DNA from: Batkoa obscura | Taxonomy: Eukaryota | Direction: 5' to 3' | Assembly: GCA_030770535.1 (NCBI GenBank) | Contig: JASVEC010000024.1 | Coordinates: 124,001 to 188,000, forward strand | Length of the DNA: 64,000 nt | Shown: positions 51,195 through 64,000 of the stretch, piece after piece | Position numbering within the stretch: the first letter of the stretch is position 1 | Layout: each line of letters starts with the position of its first letter | The notes under the pieces: model-generated | Seen by the model: only the letters and a program-made list of their open reading frames with translations | Databases searched by the model: none | Told to the model about the DNA's origin: nothing | Translations under genes and position numbers: made by a program

Positions 51195-51869
51195 TTAAAT
51201 CATAAAATTACTTCTACAATCATCTCCTGTTAACCCTAATTTACATTTACACCTACATTTACCATCAATTAAAACTGGAACACCTGAATTAAAGCAGCGA
51301 ATTTGCGCATCACAAGCGGCATTAAAAGCGGATCCGTTTAAAGCAGAATCATTTAAGGCTTCTTTTGTACTAAGATTAGGATTATGAGAATGAGGTTGAT
51401 TGATGGTAAAAACCAAAACCAAAGTTAAAGATGTAACAAGTATGGCTAACAGCACCAGAATTAGAACTAAACAACCAAAAGAAGGCTTTCCTCTTCGCCT
51501 ATTTTTATAAGTTTGAGCTTCTTTTTTCCATATCTCCTGGTCATCGCCCCTCTTGGATGGAAATAAAGAGCGGCGTATACGTTCGCCAATACTTGATTTT
51601 TTATCTGAACTTGGTGTAGTTGGGAATTTTTGTCGGAACTCGCTTAGTTCTTTTTCTAAATCAGTATTTAATTGATTTAATCGACTTTCTATCTTTTTTT
51701 CGGTTTCTAAATCTTTATGAGAATAGGGGACATCTACTAAAGTATACCCTTTCTCTTTTTCATAATCCATCAGTTGTTGAACCATCAAATTATCAGCTAG
51801 TAATCGATTTAGACTACTTCTAGTGTCTCTCTTCTCATAAGTTGGTGGAGGGTATAATTGATTGCTCAT
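51195..51869 (-). CDS. Single-pass type II membrane protein with C-terminal EGF-like module
   Basis: Hydrophobic helix CLVLILVLLAILVTSLTLVLVF after a basic patch; CDAQIRCFNSG...CRCKCKLGLTGDDC. Confidence 0.65.
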   Translation of the reverse strand: MSNQLYPPPTYEKRDTRSSLNRLLADNLMVQQLMDYEKEKGYTLVDVPYSHKDLETEKKIESRLNQLNTDLEKELSEFRQKFPTTPSSDKKSSIGERIRRSLFPSKRGDDQEIWKKEAQTYKNRRRGKPSFGCLVLILVLLAILVTSLTLVLVFTINQPHSHNPNLSTKEALNDSALNGSAFNAACDAQIRCFNSGVPVLIDGKCRCKCKLGLTGDDCRSNFMI

Positions 51870-52581
51870 GCTATGTTGAATTGGGCCGGCCTTAAAATTC
51901 AGTGAAAAAAATTAGTTAAAGTAAAGAATAAAAGGTAAAATGGAAGCATTATATGTGATGGTAAATTTATGGTCCTATACCCTTGCTTTTTATTCTTGAT
52001 TGATTGTATTCATAAATAATAAAACCTCTCATTTTCAACTTAAATAAAATGTTATTATAGGTTAATGCTGGTATTTGGTCTATTGTGTTGAAAACCTTAA
52101 GGTCCCCAACTCAATACTTTTATTTATTTAAACCCGTTCATTTCAAATATTAAGTTTTTTAAGCTATTTGTCAAACTTATACCTATTATTAATTTATTTC
52201 ACTATTAAATAATCTTTATTTGAAGTTAAGACTAACAATATATTATATTGTATTATGGCATATATATATATATAACTATATGTTTTAAAGCAGTTGATCT
52301 CAATGTACATAAATTATTTTAATAAGTTCATTTCTAATTAATTGTTCATTAATAGCTTCATTAATTATATTATATTGGAAGAGGGGTTCAATTTTGAATC
52401 ATAACAATATCGATGTGCAAAAAATCAAATTTTATATTTCTAAATAAGAAAACTTAGATCAAATTTAATTTAATAAAAATCCAAATGACCCCGAAATAAA
52501 CAAATTAATTGGCCAAAAACTCAACTTTTTATAATTGACTAATCTCCCTTAATAAAGAATACGAATTTTTTATACTCAACA

Positions 52582-52806
52582 ATGTTAGGGCAAAAAGAAC
52601 AAACGAATTATGATTTAAGAAACGAGTATATAAAACAAAGTGCCTTGGAAGTGCTCAATGATTACTCAATGTTAACCGCTCATGCTTATCATAAAAGAAC
52701 TTCTATTTTAAAGACCGAATTGGAAATGGTTAGGGTTTTGATTGATTGCAAAGAACCTCAAAAGAAAATGAAGAATGTAATGAGAAATGTCAAGAGTTCA
52801 AGGTAA
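52582..52806 (+). CDS. Small hypothetical protein (74 aa)
   Basis: ATG-started ORF with protein-like composition; no recognised family. Confidence 0.45.
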   Translation: MLGQKEQTNYDLRNEYIKQSALEVLNDYSMLTAHAYHKRTSILKTELEMVRVLIDCKEPQKKMKNVMRNVKSSR

Positions 52807-53162
52807 ACAGTAATGCTATTATAGTTTACCCTTTCGTTTTATTTTTTATAACACCACTTGTAAAAATTCAATAAATTTTTGCTATTGTTATGTCGATTAT
52901 ACTTTTTTAAAACGTTAAGCTTGTGAGGAAGTGATTTGGACTTAAATGAAGAAAGAATCTTAGCTTTTGGCAGCTTTTATTTTTATATTAGAAGTTTATA
53001 GATACACTATAAGTACAAATATGATAAGTATGCTAGATATTTCGAATAAAATATCTTAATTAAAATCTCTAGATCAATTGAACTCAAATTTAAATTTCAA
53101 ATCTAAATTTCAAATCTAAATCTATTTCTCTTTTTTTTTCAGTCTGTACAGGAACCAACCAC

Positions 53163-53266
53163 TATATGGTGATGTTTTTTTGGCTTCATTACTTCATCTT
53201 TTAAGCACTACTTGAGTGGAAAATTTGTTAGTGGAATTCTTGAATACAAAAATACATCCCCATATA
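53163..53266 (-). mobile_element. MITE-like copy
   Basis: TATATGGTGATGTTTTTTTGGCTTCATTAC...AATACATCCCCATATA. Confidence 0.88.
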
Positions 53267-53570
53267 TTAAAGAAGAGCTTTAAATAATAGCGTTAAGGTG
53301 CTAAAATCATAGCTATTATAACTATAGGTAACCTTTATAAGACAATTTTTAAAAACTAGGTTAAATGATAGCCTATAATATCATGATGAGTACCTAAAAA
53401 TTGCTTGAGTTATAATAAGAGTTAATAGAAAACAACTTTGTAAAATAAGGAGGTAAAACAAACAAGTCTATAAACATAGTTTACATTAATTTTTTAATTT
53501 TATTAAAAACAAAAAAGTTGACTCAATCATAATAACTATATAATTTAAAAGAGTTATGAATTAATTTACA

Positions 53571-54704
53571 TTATGTTTTAGAGAGATTAACTGGAGGTGT
53601 TAATCGTTTGATTTGAGAATTAAGCCAATCAATAGAATCTACCAATACCGTATTAGAATTAAACATGTTGTGCTCAAGGTGCGGATAGATTCTTGTTAAT
53701 TTATCAATAGTACCACTAAGGTCATAAATCATATTTGCTCCACGATAATCCAATACTTGATCATTACCACCTTGTTGAACAAAAAAAGGAGTTTGTAATC
53801 TTGGTAAATCGCCTACTAATTTCTTTGTTTCATTTAAGATCATAATCATTGTTCCAATTCTGCAACTTTGTTGAAACATCAAAGGGTCACGCTTTACATA
53901 ATCTTCATCATAAAAGGTACTATTACTTATTCTATTATCTGCTGTTAACTTTGAAGCTTCATTTAATTCTAATTCTAATTCCTCCTCTTCATCATCATCG
54001 TTATCTGAAGACGGTATTGTTAACCTTGGAGTTAATTTTGCAACTAATTTACCAAAATTGATTAAAGCTGAATTGTTAACTAAAGAAGAATTAAGTTTAA
54101 CGCAAGGTGATACTAAACTTAATCCTGAAACTGAATGTGGGTTATTTATACAATATCTTATACCAATTAATCCTCCTAATGAATAGCCCAATAAAAAAAT
54201 AGGGCATCTACTATTATATTCTTTAACTCTTGTTATCACTGTTTCTAAAGCATCTAACAATGGTTGCATTTCAGTCAAATCGACATGAATTCCATCACTC
54301 CTTCCATGACTTGGCAAATCTAAAATGTGTACTCTATATCCTTCATAGCAATAATTCGGCACTAGTTTAGCAAGATAACCACCATAAGCAGCGATACCAT
54401 GTAACATAATGATCTCAGCTTTAGGATTCTCCACATGATTATGCAAACACCACGATTGCAAATATAATCTCCCAAGTGGTCTTTTCTTTGTGTTCAAACA
54501 TCCTTGGTTACTTTTTTCGGGTATTACTTGAATGTACTCTTCGTGCCACCAATATTCCTTACTTTCCCTTAAACTTATTTCAGATGGATGATATGGCATA
54601 TTCCTCCTACCAAACGAAGGATCGGATACTTTTAAGCCCATGCTGCTACATATCCCATGTAAAAAAACTTGATAGAACTTGGATAAGTAAAAATCATTTA
54701 ACAT
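53571..54704 (-). CDS. Alpha/beta hydrolase, monoacylglycerol lipase/lysophospholipase family
   Basis: MLHG, DLPSHGRSDG, nucleophile GYSLGG, QGGNDQV, LEH. Confidence 0.85.
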   Translation of the reverse strand: MLNDFYLSKFYQVFLHGICSSMGLKVSDPSFGRRNMPYHPSEISLRESKEYWWHEEYIQVIPEKSNQGCLNTKKRPLGRLYLQSWCLHNHVENPKAEIIMLHGIAAYGGYLAKLVPNYCYEGYRVHILDLPSHGRSDGIHVDLTEMQPLLDALETVITRVKEYNSRCPIFLLGYSLGGLIGIRYCINNPHSVSGLSLVSPCVKLNSSLVNNSALINFGKLVAKLTPRLTIPSSDNDDDEEEELELELNEASKLTADNRISNSTFYDEDYVKRDPLMFQQSCRIGTMIMILNETKKLVGDLPRLQTPFFVQQGGNDQVLDYRGANMIYDLSGTIDKLTRIYPHLEHNMFNSNTVLVDSIDWLNSQIKRLTPPVNLSKT

Positions 54705-55747
54705 TTTAGAATAAAAAATATTAATAAAATGATTAAAATAAATAGAGAAATAAGATATAAAAAATAAAACTGTTGATTGAAGGGAAAATATTAAATTACT
54801 AATTTATGAGCTGAATTCAACTATTAAATTTACAAATACCAATAAAATTCTTGTGTCAATGGTACAAAAAATCGTGATTATATTACTATTAATAAAGCTA
54901 TAATTTTATACGAAATAAGCTGCCCAACTTTTGATTAAAGTTTATCCGCAATGCTTAAATTTTGTTGCAAGAACTGGCTTAAACTATAAAAGGGAAGACA
55001 ATAGATTAAGTTCTAAATTAAGTAAATTTAACTTTGATAAATTCTCTCCAATTACCCCTTAAAATCCAATTTAGATTGAAAAATTAAACTTATGCTTAAG
55101 GAAATAGAGAAGGTTTTTGGATAGATATTTATCTGGCATTACCTAAAAATAGCAATTCGTTTAATAACGTTGAACAAAAACCTGAAACTTTATTGTGGTT
55201 ATTGGTTGTAAAACTATTATTTTTGTTTAAGCCTCTCTTTATAGCTTTTATTTACTTAAAACTATAGTATTTATTAACATAATACTAGAACACTAGAATA
55301 TTAGAAACTACTTAGTATTATGAATGGTAGTAATACTTATGGTGTTCCAATTTTTATTCAAAATCCATAACATTTAAAACTAACTTATTTTTACAAATCA
55401 AGTTTTTTTACTAATCTGTATATTTTGATTTAGTAATAATAAAATTGACATGAGTTGATAAAAATCCAAATAAAATCTTTAAATACCTTATTAATTTTAC
55501 TTATGAAAGCATATTTAATACTGTATCACGTCTTACTATAATTTGAAATAAGTTTGTTTTTTATTTACAATTTATAAGGTTTATTATTATTTACAAGTAT
55601 ACTTGGTTATTAATATTGACTTAAGTTTATATATTATTATTTTATAATTGAAACAAACAATGTCTCCATTTTATAATATTAGTTTATAGAACTCAACTAC
55701 AACTAACAAAAAGATTATAAATGAATTAATAAAACTAAAAAATACAA

Positions 55748-55849
55748 ATGGGGATGTTTTTTTTGGTTTCATTACTTTTTCCATTTTTAAGCCCTATTTA
55801 AGCGGAAAAATCATTAGTCAAATTCTTAAAACACAAAAATTCATCCCCA
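55748..55849 (-). mobile_element. MITE-like copy
   Basis: ATGGGGATGTTTTTTTTGGTTTCATTAC...AATTCATCCCCA. Confidence 0.88.
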
Positions 55850-56550
55850 AATATAGAATATAAATAAATAGATCAAAATTGATAAATAGTAATACAAATT
55901 ATATATAAATACATCAATCTTATACTTTTTGTTAATAAACATAAAGATGATTAACTTGTGTAATAATTAAAAGTATTAAATTTTTTGGAACTACATTTAA
56001 TATTAGTATATTAATATATGTATATTATCCTTTTCCTGAATTCCATATTAAATTAAATATTTTATTATAAATAGGTATTAAAGAATATAGCAATTTTTAA
56101 TTTTACTGCAATCTTATTTTTACTTATTTGACATATGATTTCAAAGTTATAAAGAACATTATAGTTTTATTTGTTTCAGTTTCTTTTGTTAAATAATAAA
56201 ATTTATGTTATAGGGTTTAAGCTCCTATCCGTCGATTAATAGTATAACAAAACTGTTATTCATTTTCAATAGTTGATATATATTTTTTATTGATAAAATA
56301 ATTATAATAAAATGTTTAGAGAAAAAGGAAAGGTAAATTAAATATTGACTTATCTTCATATATTAAACTATTTATTAAATTTTGTATTATTTTATTAACT
56401 ATTGAGTTTTTTTTAATTTTCATAAAATATACCATTTTTATCTATGTCTCTTATAAAAGGATTATATTTTTAACTTTTTATAAAATTATGAAACAAAATT
56501 ACTAAACTAAAAAATTTAACATAATTTAATGACGAAATTAAAAATATCGT

Positions 56551-58605
<2,055 letters not shown>

Positions 58606-59019
58606 GGTTGAAGTTCTTGTTTAATTTAATTTGTAAAGTTTTTGTTTAATATAATTACTTTCGTTTCTTTATATACTTGTCATTGATAATCATCGTGGTT
58701 AATAGTATATACAAATGATATCATTCATTTAAGAGGAATAATTTAAGTTAACTAAATCCTATTTTAGCGATAATAGATGGAGGCTTAAAATGGAGGCATA
58801 ACAATAATGAAATTAATTTTCCTTTACTTTGACATAAAACCCAACCTATGATTTAGTTATATCAGCTTAAATTGAATTTTATGTTTGTTTACTAGCATTT
58901 TCATATGTAAATTATTATCTAACCATTTATAACTTTTGTGAGGTTTTAACAAACATAGCCAATGATTTCATTTTATTGACATCATCAACTTTAAAAAAAT
59001 TAAAATCACAAATTATAAA

Positions 59020-59091
59020 ATAATCAAAATTTATTTTAATAATATAATCAAAATTTATTTTAATAATATAATCAAAATTTATTTTAATAAT
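59020..59091. repeat. Tandem repeat, 3 x 24 bp
   Basis: Unit ATAATCAAAATTTATTTTAATAAT repeated three times just downstream of the 59157 stop. Confidence 0.85.
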
Positions 59092-59156
59092 ATAATAATC
59101 AAATAATATAAGATTAAGTAAAATAATACAGCTAATGCGCCTTCCATTCCATTAGT

Positions 59157-60389
59157 TTATGGTTGAATAAGTGGAGTACGTTCGTCATTGGAATGAGTTA
59201 TAAGAAAAGAAGGTGGATGAACTACACCATTAAATAAAAAGGTACCATAAACAAGTAGTGAAAACCCAACTACTTGAAGTAAACTAAATGTCTCCCAACC
59301 TAAAAACAAACTTACAAGCCAAATGAATAAGGTGCGTGATGTATCAATAGTTGAGCGAGAGGTAGCACTGATAGTTCTAGTTACGGATAATCCAAAAAAG
59401 TTAAAGAATGCAATTGAAAGTGCAATAAAGATAGCAGATATCCAAACGGTTGGATGATCGACTATTTCATTCCAGCCATTTTGAATATCAAAATAGCCAC
59501 CTGGATTACTTTGACCGAAGAAATAATTTAAAAATGGCATTGCTACTGTAATTGAAATGATGCCAAATAAACCTTCTAACCAAACACCATCGGCAGGGTA
59601 TAAATGATATTGAGACATAATTTTTTCTTCCGTAACAAATTGGCTAGCTGAAAACATTTGTGCAAACAAAACTAATAAAACACCAACAAGGGAATTCTTG
59701 TTTTCAAGGCTAGCTACTACTATCTCATTAAGCAAATCATCAGCGGTATTTGGGATTTTTCTATGAAAAAGACTACTAGCCCCAACCAAAGCAACGCCCA
59801 ATACAATACTTAATAAGGCGGTCCATTGATATAGGAATAATTTCTTTTTTAAAAATAAAACAGAAAATAAACCAACAAATAACACGATGGAGCCTCTTAA
59901 CATTTGATATACAGAAGCGGAGGTGTAAATAAGTCCGACATTCATCAATGTAGTACCACAAATATCAAAGAGGCAAGGGATCCACATATAAAATATTTTA
60001 TATCCACTCAAAGGTTCGGTAGGTAATGGGTTATTAAGAAAAATAGGGTTACCTTCTTCATCTTGATCTACTTTTGGTATACTATCTTCTTCTGGATGAG
60101 AATCAATAGTTACTGCACTCACTCCTAATAATTCATCAACACTGTCATCTACATCATTTTGAAAAATTCGCGCATATATATAAACGGCTATACAGGAAAA
60201 TTCACCAATAAACATAATCAATGTTTGCCAAAGTGGTTGTTCAAAATACCTATGTTTATTTGGATCTGGGTCATCACAGTTTCCTACACATTGACGATCT
60301 TGGTATTTATTTAAAATTGTGTTTGCTGTACCGGTAAACAACATACCAGCAACTAGCATTAAAGTATATCTTTGATTGATACCTGACAT
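59157..60389 (-). CDS. SLC35F6-like drug/metabolite (nucleotide-sugar) transporter, intronless
   Basis: FEQPLWQTLIMFIGE, ASVYQMLRG, FFNFFGLSVT, SATSRSTID. Confidence 0.88.
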   Translation of the reverse strand: MSGINQRYTLMLVAGMLFTGTANTILNKYQDRQCVGNCDDPDPNKHRYFEQPLWQTLIMFIGEFSCIAVYIYARIFQNDVDDSVDELLGVSAVTIDSHPEEDSIPKVDQDEEGNPIFLNNPLPTEPLSGYKIFYMWIPCLFDICGTTLMNVGLIYTSASVYQMLRGSIVLFVGLFSVLFLKKKLFLYQWTALLSIVLGVALVGASSLFHRKIPNTADDLLNEIVVASLENKNSLVGVLLVLFAQMFSASQFVTEEKIMSQYHLYPADGVWLEGLFGIISITVAMPFLNYFFGQSNPGGYFDIQNGWNEIVDHPTVWISAIFIALSIAFFNFFGLSVTRTISATSRSTIDTSRTLFIWLVSLFLGWETFSLLQVVGFSLLVYGTFLFNGVVHPPSFLITHSNDERTPLIQP

Positions 60390-61353
60390 GAGAGTTGAGT
60401 TAAGTTACAAATTATAAGAGTAATAAATAAAAGATAAGGTATATAGATGAGTTAATTGATTTAAAAATATGATAATCTAAACTAAAGGATTAAAAAGAAA
60501 GTTTTAAAAAAATTTTAATTTATGTTTTAATTTATAATCCTTGAGTTGCTTTGTTTTTGACCGTTAACAATTATGTTATTTATTGCTTGACTCCATTTTA
60601 TTTGAGTCATCTTTTGAATTCTCTAACCTCCACTTTGCCTAAATAGGGAAAACTAGTCATTTATTGGTTGATTTTAATCTCAACTCTATTTGATTCGTAT
60701 AAATTGAAAATAGGCTAAAAGAATAAATTGCCTAATATTCAGTGTGACTGTTGAAGTATTTGGTCATTCATTTCTTCAGCAATTAATTATGAATGAATGA
60801 CTTAATATTAATAAAATATTAACCGCTATAGCTTTTAAAAAAGTGAAGGAAATGGAATATTGCTAGTAATTAATATTAAAAGCAACCTTGGACAATATTA
60901 CTTTAAGTTGCAAATAGCAGCTGTTTAACGGACAATATTAATGTAATGAAAATAAAATAGTCAAATCAAATCATTCAATTATGATAAATTTCGTCATTTT
61001 AACTTTAATTAGATTTTTAAGAATTTAATTTAAAATCAAACATTTTTGAAGTTTAAGTTTCTGATATTATGTTTTACCTAATAAATTAAGTAAATTTAAT
61101 AAAATGATTATTTTCATGTTATTCGATAAGAACATTCAACAAATAATCACCACTTCACTAAAATTTTATTATAGAATTTGATGAAATTTATAATTCTCTG
61201 AATATATTAATAATTTACAAGGAAAATTAAATCATATATAAATTTTTAGAATCTTCAAGAATACAATTTTTCTATAGAAAAGCCAACTTGACTTTGTGGG
61301 TTAGTCTAAACCCTTAGGTTTAGTTTTTTCAGGTTTTAATTTCTTGAGATAAA

Positions 61354-61461
61354 TATATGGGGCTGTTTTTTTTAGTTTCATTATTTTTCCATTTTTTAAG
61401 CGCTATTTATGTGGAAAAATTGTCAGTAAAATTCTTAAATACAAAAATACATCCCCATATA
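61354..61461 (-). mobile_element. MITE-like copy
   Basis: TATATGGGGCTGTTTTTTTTAGTTTCATT...AATACATCCCCATATA. Confidence 0.88.
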
Positions 61462-62250
61462 TTAAACATGATACTATCAATGTGTTATTTTATGTTACTT
61501 TAAATAGGCCTACTGTAATGTCTTTTACTTATTGTTTAATTTAGTATTTTGTTTCACTTTCTAATGTATAAAATGAACAGGATAACAAAACATAGCAAGA
61601 AATTCATGTATCGATTCGAAAGTTATAAAGGATAGAGCACATTGGAGTTGGATATCTTTTGTCATCTTTAATTTGTATCAATATTTCACAATATGAATTT
61701 GACTGCTATAAAAGTAATAAAGACTTCAAGTTGATAATATGATAAATTTACTACAAATTAAGAATACTAAGAACACTTAATTACAACATGTTTTATCATG
61801 ACTCGTTCATTCAGTTCTTCCTTTGTATAGTGAAATTTATGCTATAAGTTTAGATAATAAAATTATAGTCTATCTTTGTTTATCAATAGAACTATTATAA
61901 TAGATAATATGATTTACCTTTAAAATACAATTCTATTGCTTACAATATTAAAATAATTTATTTTATAAAACAAACTTTATAAACATTATGATCTATATTG
62001 ATCAAAAATAAACCAAGATTAGAACAAACTATTTTTTAAAAATTATTAATGTCATGTTATTTTTTAAATTGTATATTATTGTGGACAAAACAGTATTATT
62101 GAATATTTACTTTGTGATATTTTTGTATTTTTCTAAAGTTTAAAGAAACTAGTATTCTCATAATCTAATCTCCAGTAAAATTTAAATTAATATTAAGTGT
62201 AAAACAATTCAAATTAGTTATTGAATGATTACCAGACATAACAAAGTATC

Positions 62251-62348
62251 TGGGGGATGTTTTTTAGTTTCATTATTTTTTCCATTTTTAAGCCCTATTT
62301 GAGCGAAAAATTGTTAGTAAAATTCTTAAACTTAAAACACATTTCCAT
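62251..62348 (-). mobile_element. MITE-like copy
   Basis: TGGGGGATGTTTTTTAGTTTCATT...AAACACATTTCCAT. Confidence 0.8.
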
Positions 62349-62624
62349 CTAATATTTCAAAATTAAAAATATTTTAAAATAAAGATTTGTTTTTATGATT
62401 TATTTAGATTATCCGTTTTTAAGTAAATATGTAGGGACTTTTATAGCTTTTCGAGATTTGTAGAAAAAAGCCAAATCATTAAAATAGAGCATACTTCAAA
62501 ATATATTATAATATCAAAAGCTCAACTCTTATTTAAAAAACTATTATAATATAAAAAAATACAATTTGCAAAAAATATCTAAATATCTAAAACTCATAAA
62601 AAGTTCTAATATAAAATTTAGTTT

Positions 62625-63024
62625 TTAATTTTCAGTATCTGGATTATAACTTAGTAAGTTTCTTAACTCTTTTTCACGGTTGAAATCTTGCTTAATAACC
62701 CTATCGGTTAATAAAAACCTATTGTTAGCTTCTTGTGAACGAATAAGGGATCCGATAGCCATTAATGAGCCGAAGAAAGTAGCTGATTGTAACATAGAAC
62801 TACCAACTGACCTTAAATATCCTTTAGGTCCTGGACCATAACTATAGAAATTGAAAATTAAAATTAATTCAAAATAAAATTATCATAGATCAAGAGTGTG
62901 AATTAGCAATTACTTACACTAAAACTTGTACACCACCTAATAAAAATCCCATAGTAGCACCGACCGCTCCACCCATCATCAAGCCCATCTTCATTCGATC
63001 AAAATAACTTGGTTGTTGTGCCAT
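62625..63024 (-). CDS. MGR2: MGR2/ROMO1 TIM23 complex subunit (2 exons)
   Basis: PSYFDRMKMGLMMGGAVG, YGPGPKG, SATFFGSLMAIGSLIR. Confidence 0.88.
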
Positions 63025-63311
63025 TGTAGTTAGTTGGAAAATAATTAAAACAAAATTTATTTAACTTTTTTTTCATTGATTAAATTCAATTCTCAATTAA
63101 AAAGAACAAATGATAAAAAAGTGACGAAATTGAAAGATTATGGGATCCATAGTTTTATTTTAATAAAAATTCAAATGTATAGATTGAAATTGAGACATCA
63201 AAAGTACAAAGGTGTATTATATTTAAAAAAAACAATTTATTTTTTATTTTTGAGCTTTAATCAATTCCTAGATAATAATGAATTAAAACAGATATTAAAA
63301 AATCAATAAAA

Positions 63312-64000
63312 TTAAAAATATACTTTTTGTGCATTATTAACTGCTTTCTTAAAATCTTCAACTTCTTTCCAACAATCTAAAGTTCTCTTATTATGATTAC
63401 TAAAAATTTAAAATTTAAGGAATGATAATGGAATAGAAATAAATCAAGCTACTTACCGATAACAAGCGATTAAAGTTTCTTTAGCTTCCTCAATGACTTT
63501 ATTTTGTTTAGGTTCATTTCTATAATAAAAATTAAAAATCAATCAAATTAAGTCTTTCATACCCTAATGATAATCCTATAAACTTACGTCAAATGCTTGC
63601 TATTTAATTCCTTTACATAATCCAAAAGATAATTACTGTCAGTTAACCTTTTATCCTTAACCGAATTAAATAATAATTCCTGCTCTTTTTGAATTCTTTC
63701 AACTTCTTGTAATACTCTTTCGTCAACTATTCTTTCCATATTTTCAAACTCTAAATCTGCTTGTTTTTTAAAATCTTTCTATATTCCTAACGTTAATTTC
63801 ATCAATTCTTCAAAATATAATTAAATTTACTTTAATCTCTTCCTTATTTGATGTGACAGTGTTGTTATTACTTGGTTGATTATTACGAACCCCAGTTAAA
63901 TCTTGTAATAAATCTTGAGATATCTAAATTATGAGTTAATTTTTTATACTATAATTCTTATAAATATAAATTACAGATAACTTAGCTTGCGTTGGGGCAT
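63312..64000 (-). CDS. MIC19: MICOS subunit MIC19-like, 5' end beyond the window
   Basis: Spliced ...ISQDLL..coiled coil..EEAKETLIACYR|NHNKRTLDCWKEVEDFKKAV (twin-Cys C-terminal motif). Confidence 0.7.

Noticed and set aside
63076..63309. 77-aa plus-strand ORF
   Set aside because: TTG start, low complexity, lies in the gap between MGR2 and MIC19.

Overview
Very AT-rich, intron-rich eukaryotic DNA with short (mostly ~50-100 nt) GT-AG introns; gene content suggests an early-diverging (non-Dikarya) fungus (inference). About 25 protein genes can be read, mostly housekeeping: sphingomyelin-synthase-like, rhomboid, Integrator subunit 6, eIF2B-alpha, UCH37, COQ2, ORC1, UBC1-type E2, organellar AlaRS, malate synthase, ISA1, two single-RRM proteins, two MATE transporters, MIR1, a lipase, alanine aminotransferase, SLC35F6-like, MGR2 and MIC19. 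Mobile DNA comprises an intact, apparently young Ty3/gypsy element (28170-35722), an older inverted solo LTR beside it, and a ~105-bp MITE-like family with ~16 copies. The element has identical 400-bp LTRs, a 4-bp TSD, a -1 frameshift signal, an AT-hook and a degenerate dUTPase-like insert. Two MITE copies form a perfect 93-bp-arm palindrome. Most notable: ORC1 shows no BAH domain and instead carries an in-frame spliced N-terminal array of nine AT-hooks, reminiscent of S. pombe Orc4. A stand-alone 11-AT-hook paralog of that array, sharing its upstream motif, lies 25 kb away next to a possible decayed third copy. All calls were made by eye; exon boundaries are manual.
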